Shown in pieces: positions 9,870 through 18,262 of a stretch of DNA of 64,000 nucleotides (the first letter of the stretch is position 1; each line of letters begins with the position of its first letter). The stretch is from assembly GCA_027028245.1 (NCBI GenBank), contig JALVJO010000021.1, positions 7,639-71,638 of the forward strand, in the 5' to 3' direction. Under the pieces are notes generated by a model. The model saw nothing but the letters and a program-made list of their open reading frames with translations. It was not told the origin of the DNA and made no database searches. A program made the position numbers and the translations under genes. The stretch is from Deltaproteobacteria bacterium. Lineage in GTDB: Bacteria > Desulfobacterota > Dissulfuribacteria > Dissulfuribacterales > QOAL01.

Positions 9870-11033
9870 CTATTTTCTGGCGTATTCCTTGTTTAGGGCC
9901 TGTCCTATCACGTTTTTCTGGATCTGGTTTGTGCCTTCATAAATCTGCAGGATCTTTGCATCCCTCATCATTTTTTCAACGGGATAGTCCTTCATGTAGC
10001 CGTAACCACCAAGGATCTGGACAGCATCCGTGGTCACCTTCATGGCCACATCTGTGGGAAAGAGCTTTGCCATGGCCGAAAGCTTTGAAAAATTCTTTGC
10101 ACCGGCGTCAATGGTGCGTGCCACAGCATAGACCAGGGCCCTGGAGGCCTCTATATAGGTTGCCATGTCCGCAAGCATGTGCTGGATTGCCTGAAAGGAT
10201 ATAATGGGCTGGCCGAACTGCACCCTTTGCCGGGCATAGACAACGGATTCATCCAGGGCAGCCTGTGAAAGCCCTACGGCAATTGCCCCAATGCCAGGCC
10301 GTGCCAGGTCCAGGGTCCTCATTGCGATTATAAAGCCCTGCCCCCTCTTGCCAAGCAGCCTGTCCTTTGGTATTCGGCAGTCACTGAAGACCAGCTCCCT
10401 GGTGGAAGACGCCCTGAGGCCCATCTTTCTCTCCTTCTTGCCGAAATTGAAGCCTTCGTCTCCCTTTTCCACTATAAAGGCAGATGCTCCCCTGGCACCT
10501 TTTGCCTTGTCAGTCATGGCAATGATGGTATAAATCTCCGCCTCTCCGCCGCTTGTAATCCACTGTTTTGTTCCGTTGAGAACCCAGTAATCACCGTCTT
10601 CAACCGCAGTGGTCTTAATGGCAGCTGCATCACTTCCTGCCCCTGCCTCTGTAAGACCGAAGGCCACGAGACGTTTTCCTGCTGCTATGTCCGGGAGGTA
10701 TTTGGCCTTTTGTTCATCTGTCCCGTAGAGACATATTGGATATCCGCCCAGGGCGCTTGCGGCAAAGGTGGTCGTGATGGCTATACATCCGTATGCCATC
10801 TGCTCGACTGCAAGGCAGTTTTCAAAACAGCCTCCTCCAAGCCCTCCATATTCTTCAGGGATATAGAGACCAAACAGATCTGCCTGGGCAAGATCCTTCA
10901 TGATATCCCAGGGAAATTCCTCTGTCTCATCAAGCCTGGCCCTGACCGGGATAATCTTATCCCGGGTAATCTGCCTGGCCAGATCCACTATCATCTGCTG
11001 TTCTTCTGTCAGAAAATAATTTACGTTACTCAT
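9870..11033 (-). CDS. Acyl-CoA dehydrogenase (short/medium-chain, butyryl-CoA dehydrogenase-like)
   Basis: ACAD signatures AFGLTEAGAGSD, WITSGG and GGYGYMKDYPVEKMMRDAKILQIYEGTNQIQ (catalytic Glu). Confidence 0.92.
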   Translation of the reverse strand: MSNVNYFLTEEQQMIVDLARQITRDKIIPVRARLDETEEFPWDIMKDLAQADLFGLYIPEEYGGLGGGCFENCLAVEQMAYGCIAITTTFAASALGGYPICLYGTDEQKAKYLPDIAAGKRLVAFGLTEAGAGSDAAAIKTTAVEDGDYWVLNGTKQWITSGGEAEIYTIIAMTDKAKGARGASAFIVEKGDEGFNFGKKERKMGLRASSTRELVFSDCRIPKDRLLGKRGQGFIIAMRTLDLARPGIGAIAVGLSQAALDESVVYARQRVQFGQPIISFQAIQHMLADMATYIEASRALVYAVARTIDAGAKNFSKLSAMAKLFPTDVAMKVTTDAVQILGGYGYMKDYPVEKMMRDAKILQIYEGTNQIQKNVIGQALNKEYARK

Positions 11034-11083
11034 TAACCGAGCCCCTTCTTATGCCCTCAAATAAAAAATGCACCCGAAAGCAG

Positions 11084-12067
11084 CTACCAGCGCATTGTGA
11101 CCCCTGCCCAGGTAAAGCCTCCTCCAAAGGATATCATCAGGACGTTATCTCCTTTTTTAAGCCTGCCTGAACGCCAGGCCTCGTCAAGTGCTATGGGAAT
11201 GCTTGCCGCTGAGGTATTACCATACTTATCAATATTGATAAAGACCTTCTCCTTTGGAAGATTCAACCTTTCCCTCAAAAAATCCAGGATCCTGATGTTG
11301 GCCTGGTGGGCAATAAGAAGATCAAGGTCATCGTTATTCCACCCGGCCTTTTCCATGGATTCATGGGCAACGGATTCCAGTGCCCTGACCGCGTGCTTGA
11401 AGACATCCTTCCCCTTCATCTCTATATACTGCCAGCCCTTGGAAAGAAGCTCCTGATCAATGGGATGGGCAGTCCCCAGTCCCTTGATGGTAAGAAGATC
11501 CCACACGCTGCCGTCTGCATGGAGACAGGTGGAAAGAATGCCGCTGTCACCGTCTGATGCCGTGACCACGGCGGCCCCTGCCCCGTCTGCAAACAGTACG
11601 CAGGTGGTCCTGTCCTCCCAGTTGGTTCTTCTGGAAAGGACCTCACTGCCTATGACAAGGATCTTCATTGAAGGATTGTCCCTTACGAATTTATCTGCAA
11701 TAGAAAGGCTGTAAAGAAACCCGGAACAGGTGGCTGAAACGTCAAATGCCCCTGCCTTCCCGGCTCCCAGCTCCCTTTGGACAAGGCAGGCCACAGAGGG
11801 CATGGGCATATCAGGCGTCAAAGTGCCGACAATAATAAGATCTATCTCGGATGCTTCGACGCCGGCCATTTCCAGGGCTGCGCGAGAGGCACCGACGGCA
11901 AGATCAGAATTGTTTTCACCCACACTGACGATATGGCGCTGTCTTATGCCGGTTCTCGTGGTTATCCACTCGTCAGAAGTATCTATCATAGATTCCAGGT
12001 CCCTGTTGGTAAGAACCTTTTCAGGCACACAGGAACCCGTTCCTGTAATTTTAGACCTTTTTGTCAT
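11084..12067 (-). CDS. fabH: Beta-ketoacyl-ACP synthase III
   Basis: Active-site ATCSGF, HQANIRI and GNTSAASIP motifs. 327 aa. Confidence 0.95.
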   Translation of the reverse strand: MTKRSKITGTGSCVPEKVLTNRDLESMIDTSDEWITTRTGIRQRHIVSVGENNSDLAVGASRAALEMAGVEASEIDLIIVGTLTPDMPMPSVACLVQRELGAGKAGAFDVSATCSGFLYSLSIADKFVRDNPSMKILVIGSEVLSRRTNWEDRTTCVLFADGAGAAVVTASDGDSGILSTCLHADGSVWDLLTIKGLGTAHPIDQELLSKGWQYIEMKGKDVFKHAVRALESVAHESMEKAGWNNDDLDLLIAHQANIRILDFLRERLNLPKEKVFINIDKYGNTSAASIPIALDEAWRSGRLKKGDNVLMISFGGGFTWAGVTMRW

Positions 12068-12079
12068 GTATCTGGAATG

Positions 12080-13087
12080 TCAGACTATCCTCAGGAAATC
12101 CCGACGGCTGTTGATGGATGCCTCCAGTTTGCCGGCAAGATCAAGGGCAGCAAGATTGTGTGCAACGGCTATGGCGTTTCTGACGGCCTTGGGGCTGGAA
12201 CTTCCGTGGCATATTATGGCAATGCCCTTGATGCCTAAAAGAGGGGCGCCGCCGATTTCGGAGTAATCCACCCTTTTTCGAAACCTTCTGAATGCCTTTC
12301 GTGCAAGCCCGTAACCCATGGAAGCCAGGATGCTGCCTTCGAGTTCGGTCTTGAGCATGGTCAAAATGGCCTCTGCCAGGCCTTCGCTGAGCTTAAGACA
12401 TATATTGCCGACAAAGCCGTCACAGACTACCACGTCCACCTCTCCCCTGAAAATATCTCTCCCCTCCACGTTTCCTACAAAATTCAGATCGCTGCTGGCC
12501 AAAAGATCAAAGGCCTTCTTCACCTGCTGGTTGCCCTTGGAGCCTTCCTCCCCTATGCTCAAAAGCCCCACCGAAGGCACGTGTTTCCTGTTGACTTCCC
12601 TGACAAAAAGGGAGCCCATTATGCCGAACTGCAGCAGGTGATGAGGCTTGCAGTCTACGTTCGCCCCTACGTCTATAATCAGGGACTGCCCCTTGAGGGT
12701 TGGGACCAATGTGGCAATGGCCGGCCGCACCCCCTTTATCCTGCCGAGAATGAACATGGCAGTAGCCAGAGTCGCGCCGGAATTTCCTGCACTCACCACT
12801 GCATGGGCAAGACCCTTTTTGACCAAGTCAAAGGCTACTCTGACAGATGAATCCTTTTTCTTCCTGAGGGAATCAGACGGTGCTTCCTCCATGCTGACCA
12901 CCTGAGAGGCGTCCTTGATGGTTATAGGCAGGCCGTCTCCGCCAGCATTCTTCAGCTCACTGTTGAGTAGACCGGAACGCCCGACCAAGATGATCTCGGT
13001 GCCGAGATCACGGGCTGCTGCCACAGCTCCTTCCACCAGGATGGCGGCACCGTGATCTCCGCCCATGGCATCAAGGGCAATGGTCAT
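12080..13087 (-). CDS. plsX: Phosphate acyltransferase
   Basis: IALDAMGGDHG N-terminus and GFVGN motif. Conserved rpmF-plsX-fabH synteny. Confidence 0.95.
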   Translation of the reverse strand: MTIALDAMGGDHGAAILVEGAVAAARDLGTEIILVGRSGLLNSELKNAGGDGLPITIKDASQVVSMEEAPSDSLRKKKDSSVRVAFDLVKKGLAHAVVSAGNSGATLATAMFILGRIKGVRPAIATLVPTLKGQSLIIDVGANVDCKPHHLLQFGIMGSLFVREVNRKHVPSVGLLSIGEEGSKGNQQVKKAFDLLASSDLNFVGNVEGRDIFRGEVDVVVCDGFVGNICLKLSEGLAEAILTMLKTELEGSILASMGYGLARKAFRRFRKRVDYSEIGGAPLLGIKGIAIICHGSSSPKAVRNAIAVAHNLAALDLAGKLEASINSRRDFLRIV

Positions 13088-13102
13088 GGATTGATTGGCT
13101 CC

Positions 13103-13285
13103 TTATTCTTCATCCGATGAAAAAAAATCCTTGCCCTTGTATGTACCGCAATGGGGACAGATCCTGTGAGGCGCCTTTGGTTCAGCACATTGAGGACAGC
13201 TTGAGACTGCCGGTTTCCTGAGTGCATCGTGAGAGCGCCTGTTTCCGCGCCTGGACTTGGAAATCTTTCGTTTTGGTACAGCCAT
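13103..13285 (-). CDS. rpmF: 50S ribosomal protein L32
   Basis: [19 protein letters not shown]...CPQC...CPHCG. 60 aa. Confidence 0.95.
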   Translation of the reverse strand: MAVPKRKISKSRRGNRRSHDALRKPAVSSCPQCAEPKAPHRICPHCGTYKGKDFFSSDEE

Positions 13286-13318
13286 GATGTATAATCCTCC
13301 AAATATGAAAAATTGTAT

Positions 13319-13873
13319 TTATTTCCCTTGGGAAGAGCTTAAAGACTCTTTCAGGTTGGCCAGCACTGAAAACGGTCCGTGCCCTGTGATTTCTTTGCAC
13401 TGGCATCTTTCCTCGTTGAGATCGGCACCACAGCCGGGACAAAGACCCATGCAGTCCTTTTTGCAGAGTATTCTCATGGGCACCTGCAGAAGGATTTGCT
13501 CCCGGAAGAGATCTTCCACCCTTATTTCCCCATCTTCGTACCAATAGACCTCGATTTCATCACCGCTGACCTCATGGTCCGGATCGAGATCTGAATGGAA
13601 ATCTCCAGGCGGCTTGAGAAGGTAGAAAAAGGGGGTGTTCACTTGGAATGGGAACCTGTTGAGACATCTGTCGCATGAAAGGTGCAGAATACCTAGAACA
13701 TGTCCTGAAATCCTGACCTCAGAGCCCGAACGTCTCACCTCAAGTCTTCCCCTGGCACTTGAAATGGTGGAGTAATCATCTATCTCTGGTATATGCCCGG
13801 ACAATTCCTCAAAATTCAAAAACAGCCCTTCTTCAGGAATGTCCGATACCTTTATGTGTAATTCCGAAATCAT
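13319..13873 (-). CDS. yceD: YceD/DUF177 family protein
   Basis: C-terminal Cys cluster CKKDCMGLCPGCGADLN..CQC. Conserved position upstream of rpmF. Confidence 0.85.
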   Translation of the reverse strand: MISELHIKVSDIPEEGLFLNFEELSGHIPEIDDYSTISSARGRLEVRRSGSEVRISGHVLGILHLSCDRCLNRFPFQVNTPFFYLLKPPGDFHSDLDPDHEVSGDEIEVYWYEDGEIRVEDLFREQILLQVPMRILCKKDCMGLCPGCGADLNEERCQCKEITGHGPFSVLANLKESLSSSQGK

Positions 13874-14059
13874 GTTTCAAAAAATAAACACCAATAATGT
13901 TGAAATATGTGCCCGGGCTGCATTTTATCCGATTGTATGAAATAACTAAAATTCCTTTACTGACCGACAAAGTCGGACAATCGGTTAGGGCAGCCCTGAA
14001 ACAAGCCCTCTCCTGCCGGCATGCAGATGACTGTTGACCTATTTTAAAGGAAATTTAAC

Positions 14060-14087
14060 AATATAAATGGCTCTGTGTGCTTGTCAA
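14060..14087 (-). promoter_or_regulatory. Strong sigma70-type promoter reading into yceD-rpmF-plsX...
   Basis: On the minus strand: TTGACA (14087-14082), 16 nt spacer, TATATT (14065-14060). It lies about 185 nt upstream of the yceD ATG. Confidence 0.55.
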
Positions 14088-14097
14088 GTAATGTAGC

Positions 14098-14841
14098 TCA
14101 ATCCCTGGTGTTGAGCCTTGCTATTATTATGCCCATTTCGTAAAGGAGGTAGAGAGGAATACCCATGAGTGCCATGTTAACCACGTCCGGCGTGGGTGTG
14201 AGCACGGCTGCCAGGATGGCGATTACGAGTACGGCATAACGCCGGATCCGGCTGAACATCGAATAATGGCAGATACCCAGTCTGCAGAGGATTGTCATGA
14301 GGAGCGGAATTTCAAATATGAGGCCGAAACCCAGGAGAAAAAGTCCTGTGAAGCTCACGAATTTGCCTACGCTGATTACAGGCTTGACCACTTCCGACTG
14401 ATAACCCAGCAGAAAGTTTATGCCAAAGGGCAGGGTGATGAAAAAACAGAAGGAGGCACCTGCATAAAAAAGCAGCAGGGCGGACAAGACAAAGATTGCT
14501 GCAAAGGTCCTGGTCAGTCTGAAGGTGACCACCAGAACCTGGGCAATTCTCCACAAAATCCAGGGTGCAAGAACAAGAATGGCCAGGACGCTGGCAATCT
14601 TGACAAGGGCCAGAACCGGCTCCATGACTCCGAAGAAGGCAAGCTTTTGATCCAGGTCAGTCTGCAGAAATAACAGTATGTCAGGCGCATACCAATAAAA
14701 GAAAAAGGTCAGGCTGAAAAAGGCTATTCCTAACTCAAGTATGAATTTTCTGAACTGAACCAGGAACAGGATAAGCTTCCTGGCAGGGTAGTCATCACCT
14801 TCCGACAGATTATGGAGGCCTGCAGCCTGCTCAGAATTCAT
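14098..14841 (-). CDS. tatC: Twin-arginine translocase subunit TatC
   Basis: 247 aa polytopic membrane protein with TatC-like helix layout and length. No tatA/B gene is adjacent. Confidence 0.7.
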   Translation of the reverse strand: MNSEQAAGLHNLSEGDDYPARKLILFLVQFRKFILELGIAFFSLTFFFYWYAPDILLFLQTDLDQKLAFFGVMEPVLALVKIASVLAILVLAPWILWRIAQVLVVTFRLTRTFAAIFVLSALLLFYAGASFCFFITLPFGINFLLGYQSEVVKPVISVGKFVSFTGLFLLGFGLIFEIPLLMTILCRLGICHYSMFSRIRRYAVLVIAILAAVLTPTPDVVNMALMGIPLYLLYEMGIIIARLNTRD

Positions 14842-14878
14842 GGGCCCTGTGTCACATACCCCTTCACAATTCGGGGTT

Positions 14879-15709
14879 TCAGAGAATATTCTGCCGAATA
14901 TAGGAGACTGCGTTTCTGAACATTGCTATTCCCGCCCCTTCCTCTTGGGGAAACTGCCGTCTGGTCCACTGGGGATGGTTGGTGAAGTGGTGATATGCCT
15001 CTGGATGAGGCATAAGCCCCATGAGCCTTCCGGAAGGATCACATATCCCTGCAACAGCCAGCTCGGAACCGTTGGGATTAAGGGGATAATCATAGGTGAT
15101 GCTGCCTGTATCCGGGTTCACATACTGGAGTGCTATAAGGTTCTGCTGTTCAACAGCATTCAGGATTTCGGGATCCAGGCCGACAAACTTTCCTTCGCCG
15201 TGGCGGACGGGAAGCTCGATATCCTCGATTCCCCTGGTAAAGACACATGGAGAATCAGCGTTTGCCCTGCAGGTAACCCAGCGGTCCTCGAATCTTCCAG
15301 AGTCGTTATATGTCAGGCTTACAACCCTGCTTTCATAGTTTCCGTCAAGGCCGGGCAAAAGCCCTGTCTTTACCATGAGCTGGAAACCGTTGCAGACCCC
15401 GAGGATGAGACCGCCCTGTTCAACAAATTCGAGGATCTGGTCCATCAGCCTCTGGCCCGAGCCCTTAATCCTGGCATACCTTAGCCGGTGGGCACCGGCC
15501 TGGGCAGCCCCCATGTTGTCTCCATCCAAAAAGCCGCCGGGCAGATTCAGAAAATGATAATCCGTTATCCTTACAGTGCCGTCCAGGATGTCACTAAGGT
15601 GAACTATATCCACCTGCCCTGCTCCTGCCATTGAACAGGCATGGGCCATTTCCATCTCGCAATTTGTGCCATAACCTGTAGTAACGATAACCTTAACCTT
15701 GGTTGCCAT
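14879..15709 (-). CDS. purQ: Phosphoribosylformylglycinamidine synthase glutaminase subunit (PurQ-like class I amidotransferase)
   Basis: Nucleophile elbow LGVCNGFQ and HPE triad end (MPHPE). N-terminal TGYGTNCE typical of FGAM synthase I. Confidence 0.75.
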   Translation of the reverse strand: MATKVKVIVTTGYGTNCEMEMAHACSMAGAGQVDIVHLSDILDGTVRITDYHFLNLPGGFLDGDNMGAAQAGAHRLRYARIKGSGQRLMDQILEFVEQGGLILGVCNGFQLMVKTGLLPGLDGNYESRVVSLTYNDSGRFEDRWVTCRANADSPCVFTRGIEDIELPVRHGEGKFVGLDPEILNAVEQQNLIALQYVNPDTGSITYDYPLNPNGSELAVAGICDPSGRLMGLMPHPEAYHHFTNHPQWTRRQFPQEEGAGIAMFRNAVSYIRQNIL

Positions 15710-15837
15710 GATGATTCCCCAGTCGTTGATTTTTCTTTCGTGAATCAGAAACTGCCCGATATCAGCCCAAAAGCCGCTTTTTGAGTCAAGAAGAATAATC
15801 CCTGTTCACGGCATTGGCAATTTTTTTGAATCTTTGT

Positions 15838-15904
15838 CCATGCCGGCTCCAGGGCTCGCAAGTGTAAGCCCTGATGTCCAAACGGACATCTGATTCCCGG
15901 ATGG
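15838..15904. other. Compact nested-hairpin element in the purQ/cutA divergent intergenic region
   Basis: Outer pairing CCATGCCGG (15838-46) with CCGGATGG (15897-904). This encloses AGGGCT-10 nt-AGCCCT (15851-72) and GATGTCC-AAAC-GGACATC (15873-90). Confidence 0.3.
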
Positions 15905-16009
15905 ATCTGACAAAATCCGCTTATTTCTGCGTGGATGTTGGCTAAGTGATAATACTCCTATATATAATGGTATTAAGTCCATGCGTGTTTACGGCAGGGA
16001 GGATCTGAT

Positions 16010-16339
16010 ATGCAGAAGACTAAGATATTTATTGTAGTCACCACATGCAGCGAAAGAGAAGATGCGGACCGGCTGGCAGATATGGCAGTCAGGGAAAAAC
16101 TTGCTGCCTGCGCCCAGGTTTCGGGTCCAATTTCCAGTTACTACTGGTGGCAGGGGGCCAGGGAGAAGACCGAGGAATGGCAGGTCAGGATGAAAACCAC
16201 GGAATCAGGCTATCAGCTTCTGGAAAATTTTATAAGGCAGAACCATCCCTATGAACTCCCCCAGATCATAGCACTTGAAGCAGACAAAGTACTGCCTGAA
16301 TTTGCCCAGTGGGTTGCAGAAAATACAGAAGGGAAGTAA
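16010..16339 (+). CDS. cutA: Divalent-cation tolerance protein CutA
   Basis: 109 aa. CAQVSGPISSYYWWQG...EW...HPYELP pattern of the CutA1 family. Confidence 0.88.
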   Translation: MQKTKIFIVVTTCSEREDADRLADMAVREKLAACAQVSGPISSYYWWQGAREKTEEWQVRMKTTESGYQLLENFIRQNHPYELPQIIALEADKVLPEFAQWVAENTEGK

Positions 16340-16380
16340 TTTCCGTCACAATTTCCCGCTGATAGAAACGGTATGAAACC

Positions 16381-16773
16381 ATGAAAAAAACAGAAGCAGC
16401 CAACCTGAGATTTGACAAGGGAGACGGCCTGATCCCTGTAATCGCCCAGGATTTTGAAACAGGCCAGGTCCTCATGCTTGCCTACATGAACCGGGAAGCG
16501 TGGGAAAAGACCATGGAGACAGGAAAGGTTCATTACTGGTCAAGGTCACGCAGGAAGCTCTGGCTCAAGGGTGAAACCTCGGGACATGTCCAGGTGCTGA
16601 AGGAGGCCTTTGTGGACTGCGACCTCGACACCGTGCTGGTTAAGGTGGAACAGAAGGGCGGAGCTGCCTGCCATACCGGTCATAGAAGCTGCTTTTTCAA
16701 CAGGGTGGACGGCGGCAGGCTGGTGGCGGAAGGAGAACTCGTCTTTGATCCAAAGGAGATATACGGAAAGTGA
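16381..16773 (+). CDS. hisI: Phosphoribosyl-AMP cyclohydrolase
   Basis: GLIPVIAQD...MLAYMN...YWSRSR..LW.KGETSG...DCD motifs. Stand-alone HisI, with no HisE fusion. Confidence 0.93.
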   Translation: MKKTEAANLRFDKGDGLIPVIAQDFETGQVLMLAYMNREAWEKTMETGKVHYWSRSRRKLWLKGETSGHVQVLKEAFVDCDLDTVLVKVEQKGGAACHTGHRSCFFNRVDGGRLVAEGELVFDPKEIYGK

Positions 16774-17642
16774 ACAAGCTTAAACTCGGAATTCCAAAGG
16801 GAAGCCTGGAAAAGGCAACCATGGAGCTTCTTGCCAAATCAGGCTGGCGGATAAACGTCCATCACAGGAGCTATTTCCCGGATATAGATGACCCTGAAAT
16901 ATCGTGCAGCATATGCCGTGCCCAGGAAATGTCCCGCTATGTGGAAAATGGTACCCTTGACGTGGGCATTACGGGCCTGGACTGGATACTAGAAAACGAA
17001 TCAAAGGTGGTGACAATAACAGATCTCATTTATTCCAAGGTCAGCAGGAGGCCTGCCAAGTGGGTGCTCGCCGTACCTGCAGATTCTCCATGCAAGACCG
17101 CCAGGGACCTTGAGGGTAAAAAGATAGCCACGGAACTGGTCAATTTTACCAGGCGCTACTTTGAGAAGCAGGGTATCAATGTACAGGTGGAATTCTCCTG
17201 GGGAGCAACAGAGGCCAAGGTTGTCTCCGGGCTGGCCGATGCAATAGTGGAAGTAACAGAAACCGGAAGTACCATCCGCGCCCACGGCCTGGTGATTATT
17301 GAAGAACTCATGGAAACCAACCCCAAGCTCATTGCCAATGCCCAGGCATGGGAAAACACGTGGAAGCGGAAAAAGATAGAGCAGATCTCTATACTCATGC
17401 AGGGGGCCTTGCGAGCCGACAGGCTGGTGGGCCTTAAGATGAACTGCCCCAAGGAGAAGGTCAAGGATGTAGTTGCCCTGCTGCCGAGCCTGAATGCCCC
17501 TACGGTTTCTCCCCTTTATGATGCCGACTGGTGTTCAGTTGAAACCGTGATCAACGAGGGCCACGTAAGGGAACTGGTCCCCCAGTTGCAGGAGGCAGGT
17601 GCACAGGGCATTATAGAATATGCCCTGAACAAGGTACTGTAG
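16770..17642 (+). CDS. hisG: ATP phosphoribosyltransferase (long form)
   Basis: [11 protein letters not shown]-terminus, 290 aa long-form length including the C-terminal regulatory domain. The GTG start overlaps the hisI stop (GTGA). Confidence 0.92.
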   Translation: MNKLKLGIPKGSLEKATMELLAKSGWRINVHHRSYFPDIDDPEISCSICRAQEMSRYVENGTLDVGITGLDWILENESKVVTITDLIYSKVSRRPAKWVLAVPADSPCKTARDLEGKKIATELVNFTRRYFEKQGINVQVEFSWGATEAKVVSGLADAIVEVTETGSTIRAHGLVIIEELMETNPKLIANAQAWENTWKRKKIEQISILMQGALRADRLVGLKMNCPKEKVKDVVALLPSLNAPTVSPLYDADWCSVETVINEGHVRELVPQLQEAGAQGIIEYALNKVL

Positions 17643-17656
17643 GCTCCTCGAATTAC

Positions 17657-18262
17657 ATGCCTTCTGCTGCAGCTGGGATAAAGAAAGTTGAATTTATAAA
17701 AAGCTGTTATTCCCTGAAGGATCTGCCCGAGGACAACCTGCCTGAAATTGCCTTTGCGGGAAGATCAAATGTGGGTAAATCCTCCCTGCTTAATGCAATC
17801 ATGGGCAGAAAGAAACTTGTGAAGGTCAGCAGCAGGCCGGGTTTCACCCAGTCCCTGAATTTCTTTCTTGTAAACGGATCTGCCTATTTGGTGGATCTTC
17901 CCGGATACGGTTATGCAAAGGCCCCGCGTAATGTAATAAAAAGATGGCAGAAACTGGTGGAGGGCTATCTTTCCCGCAGGAAGAGCCTGAAAGGCGTGGT
18001 GTGCATCTTTGATATCCGGCGCAAACTGGATGATCTTGATCTGAATCTTGTAGAATATCTTCTGTTCATGAAGTTGAGACCCTGGGTGGTCTTGAACAAG
18101 GCGGACAAGCTTTCGGGCAGCAAGATTGCTTCCAAGCTCAGGGAAACCAGCATCATGCTGCCCCGGGACTTATCAGAACCGCTGGTGGTATCTTCCAGGA
18201 CAGGAAAGGGCGTAAAAGAACTGGTTCAGACCGTAATTCTTCCCCACATAGAGAAATCGTGA
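17657..18262 (+). CDS. engB: Ribosome-biogenesis GTPase EngB/YsxC (YihA)
   Basis: P-loop GRSNVGKSSLLN, DLPGYGYA and NKADK G-motifs. Confidence 0.92.
   Translation: MPSAAAGIKKVEFIKSCYSLKDLPEDNLPEIAFAGRSNVGKSSLLNAIMGRKKLVKVSSRPGFTQSLNFFLVNGSAYLVDLPGYGYAKAPRNVIKRWQKLVEGYLSRRKSLKGVVCIFDIRRKLDDLDLNLVEYLLFMKLRPWVVLNKADKLSGSKIASKLRETSIMLPRDLSEPLVVSSRTGKGVKELVQTVILPHIEKS

Noticed and set aside
15710-16009. A purine, ZTP or PRPP riboswitch upstream of purQ.
   Set aside because: I found none of the conserved cores I remember, such as the ZTP pseudoknot GGGUCGUGAC...CCGGGCGGA...CCGCCUGGGCA. Only the generic nested hairpins reported separately are present.
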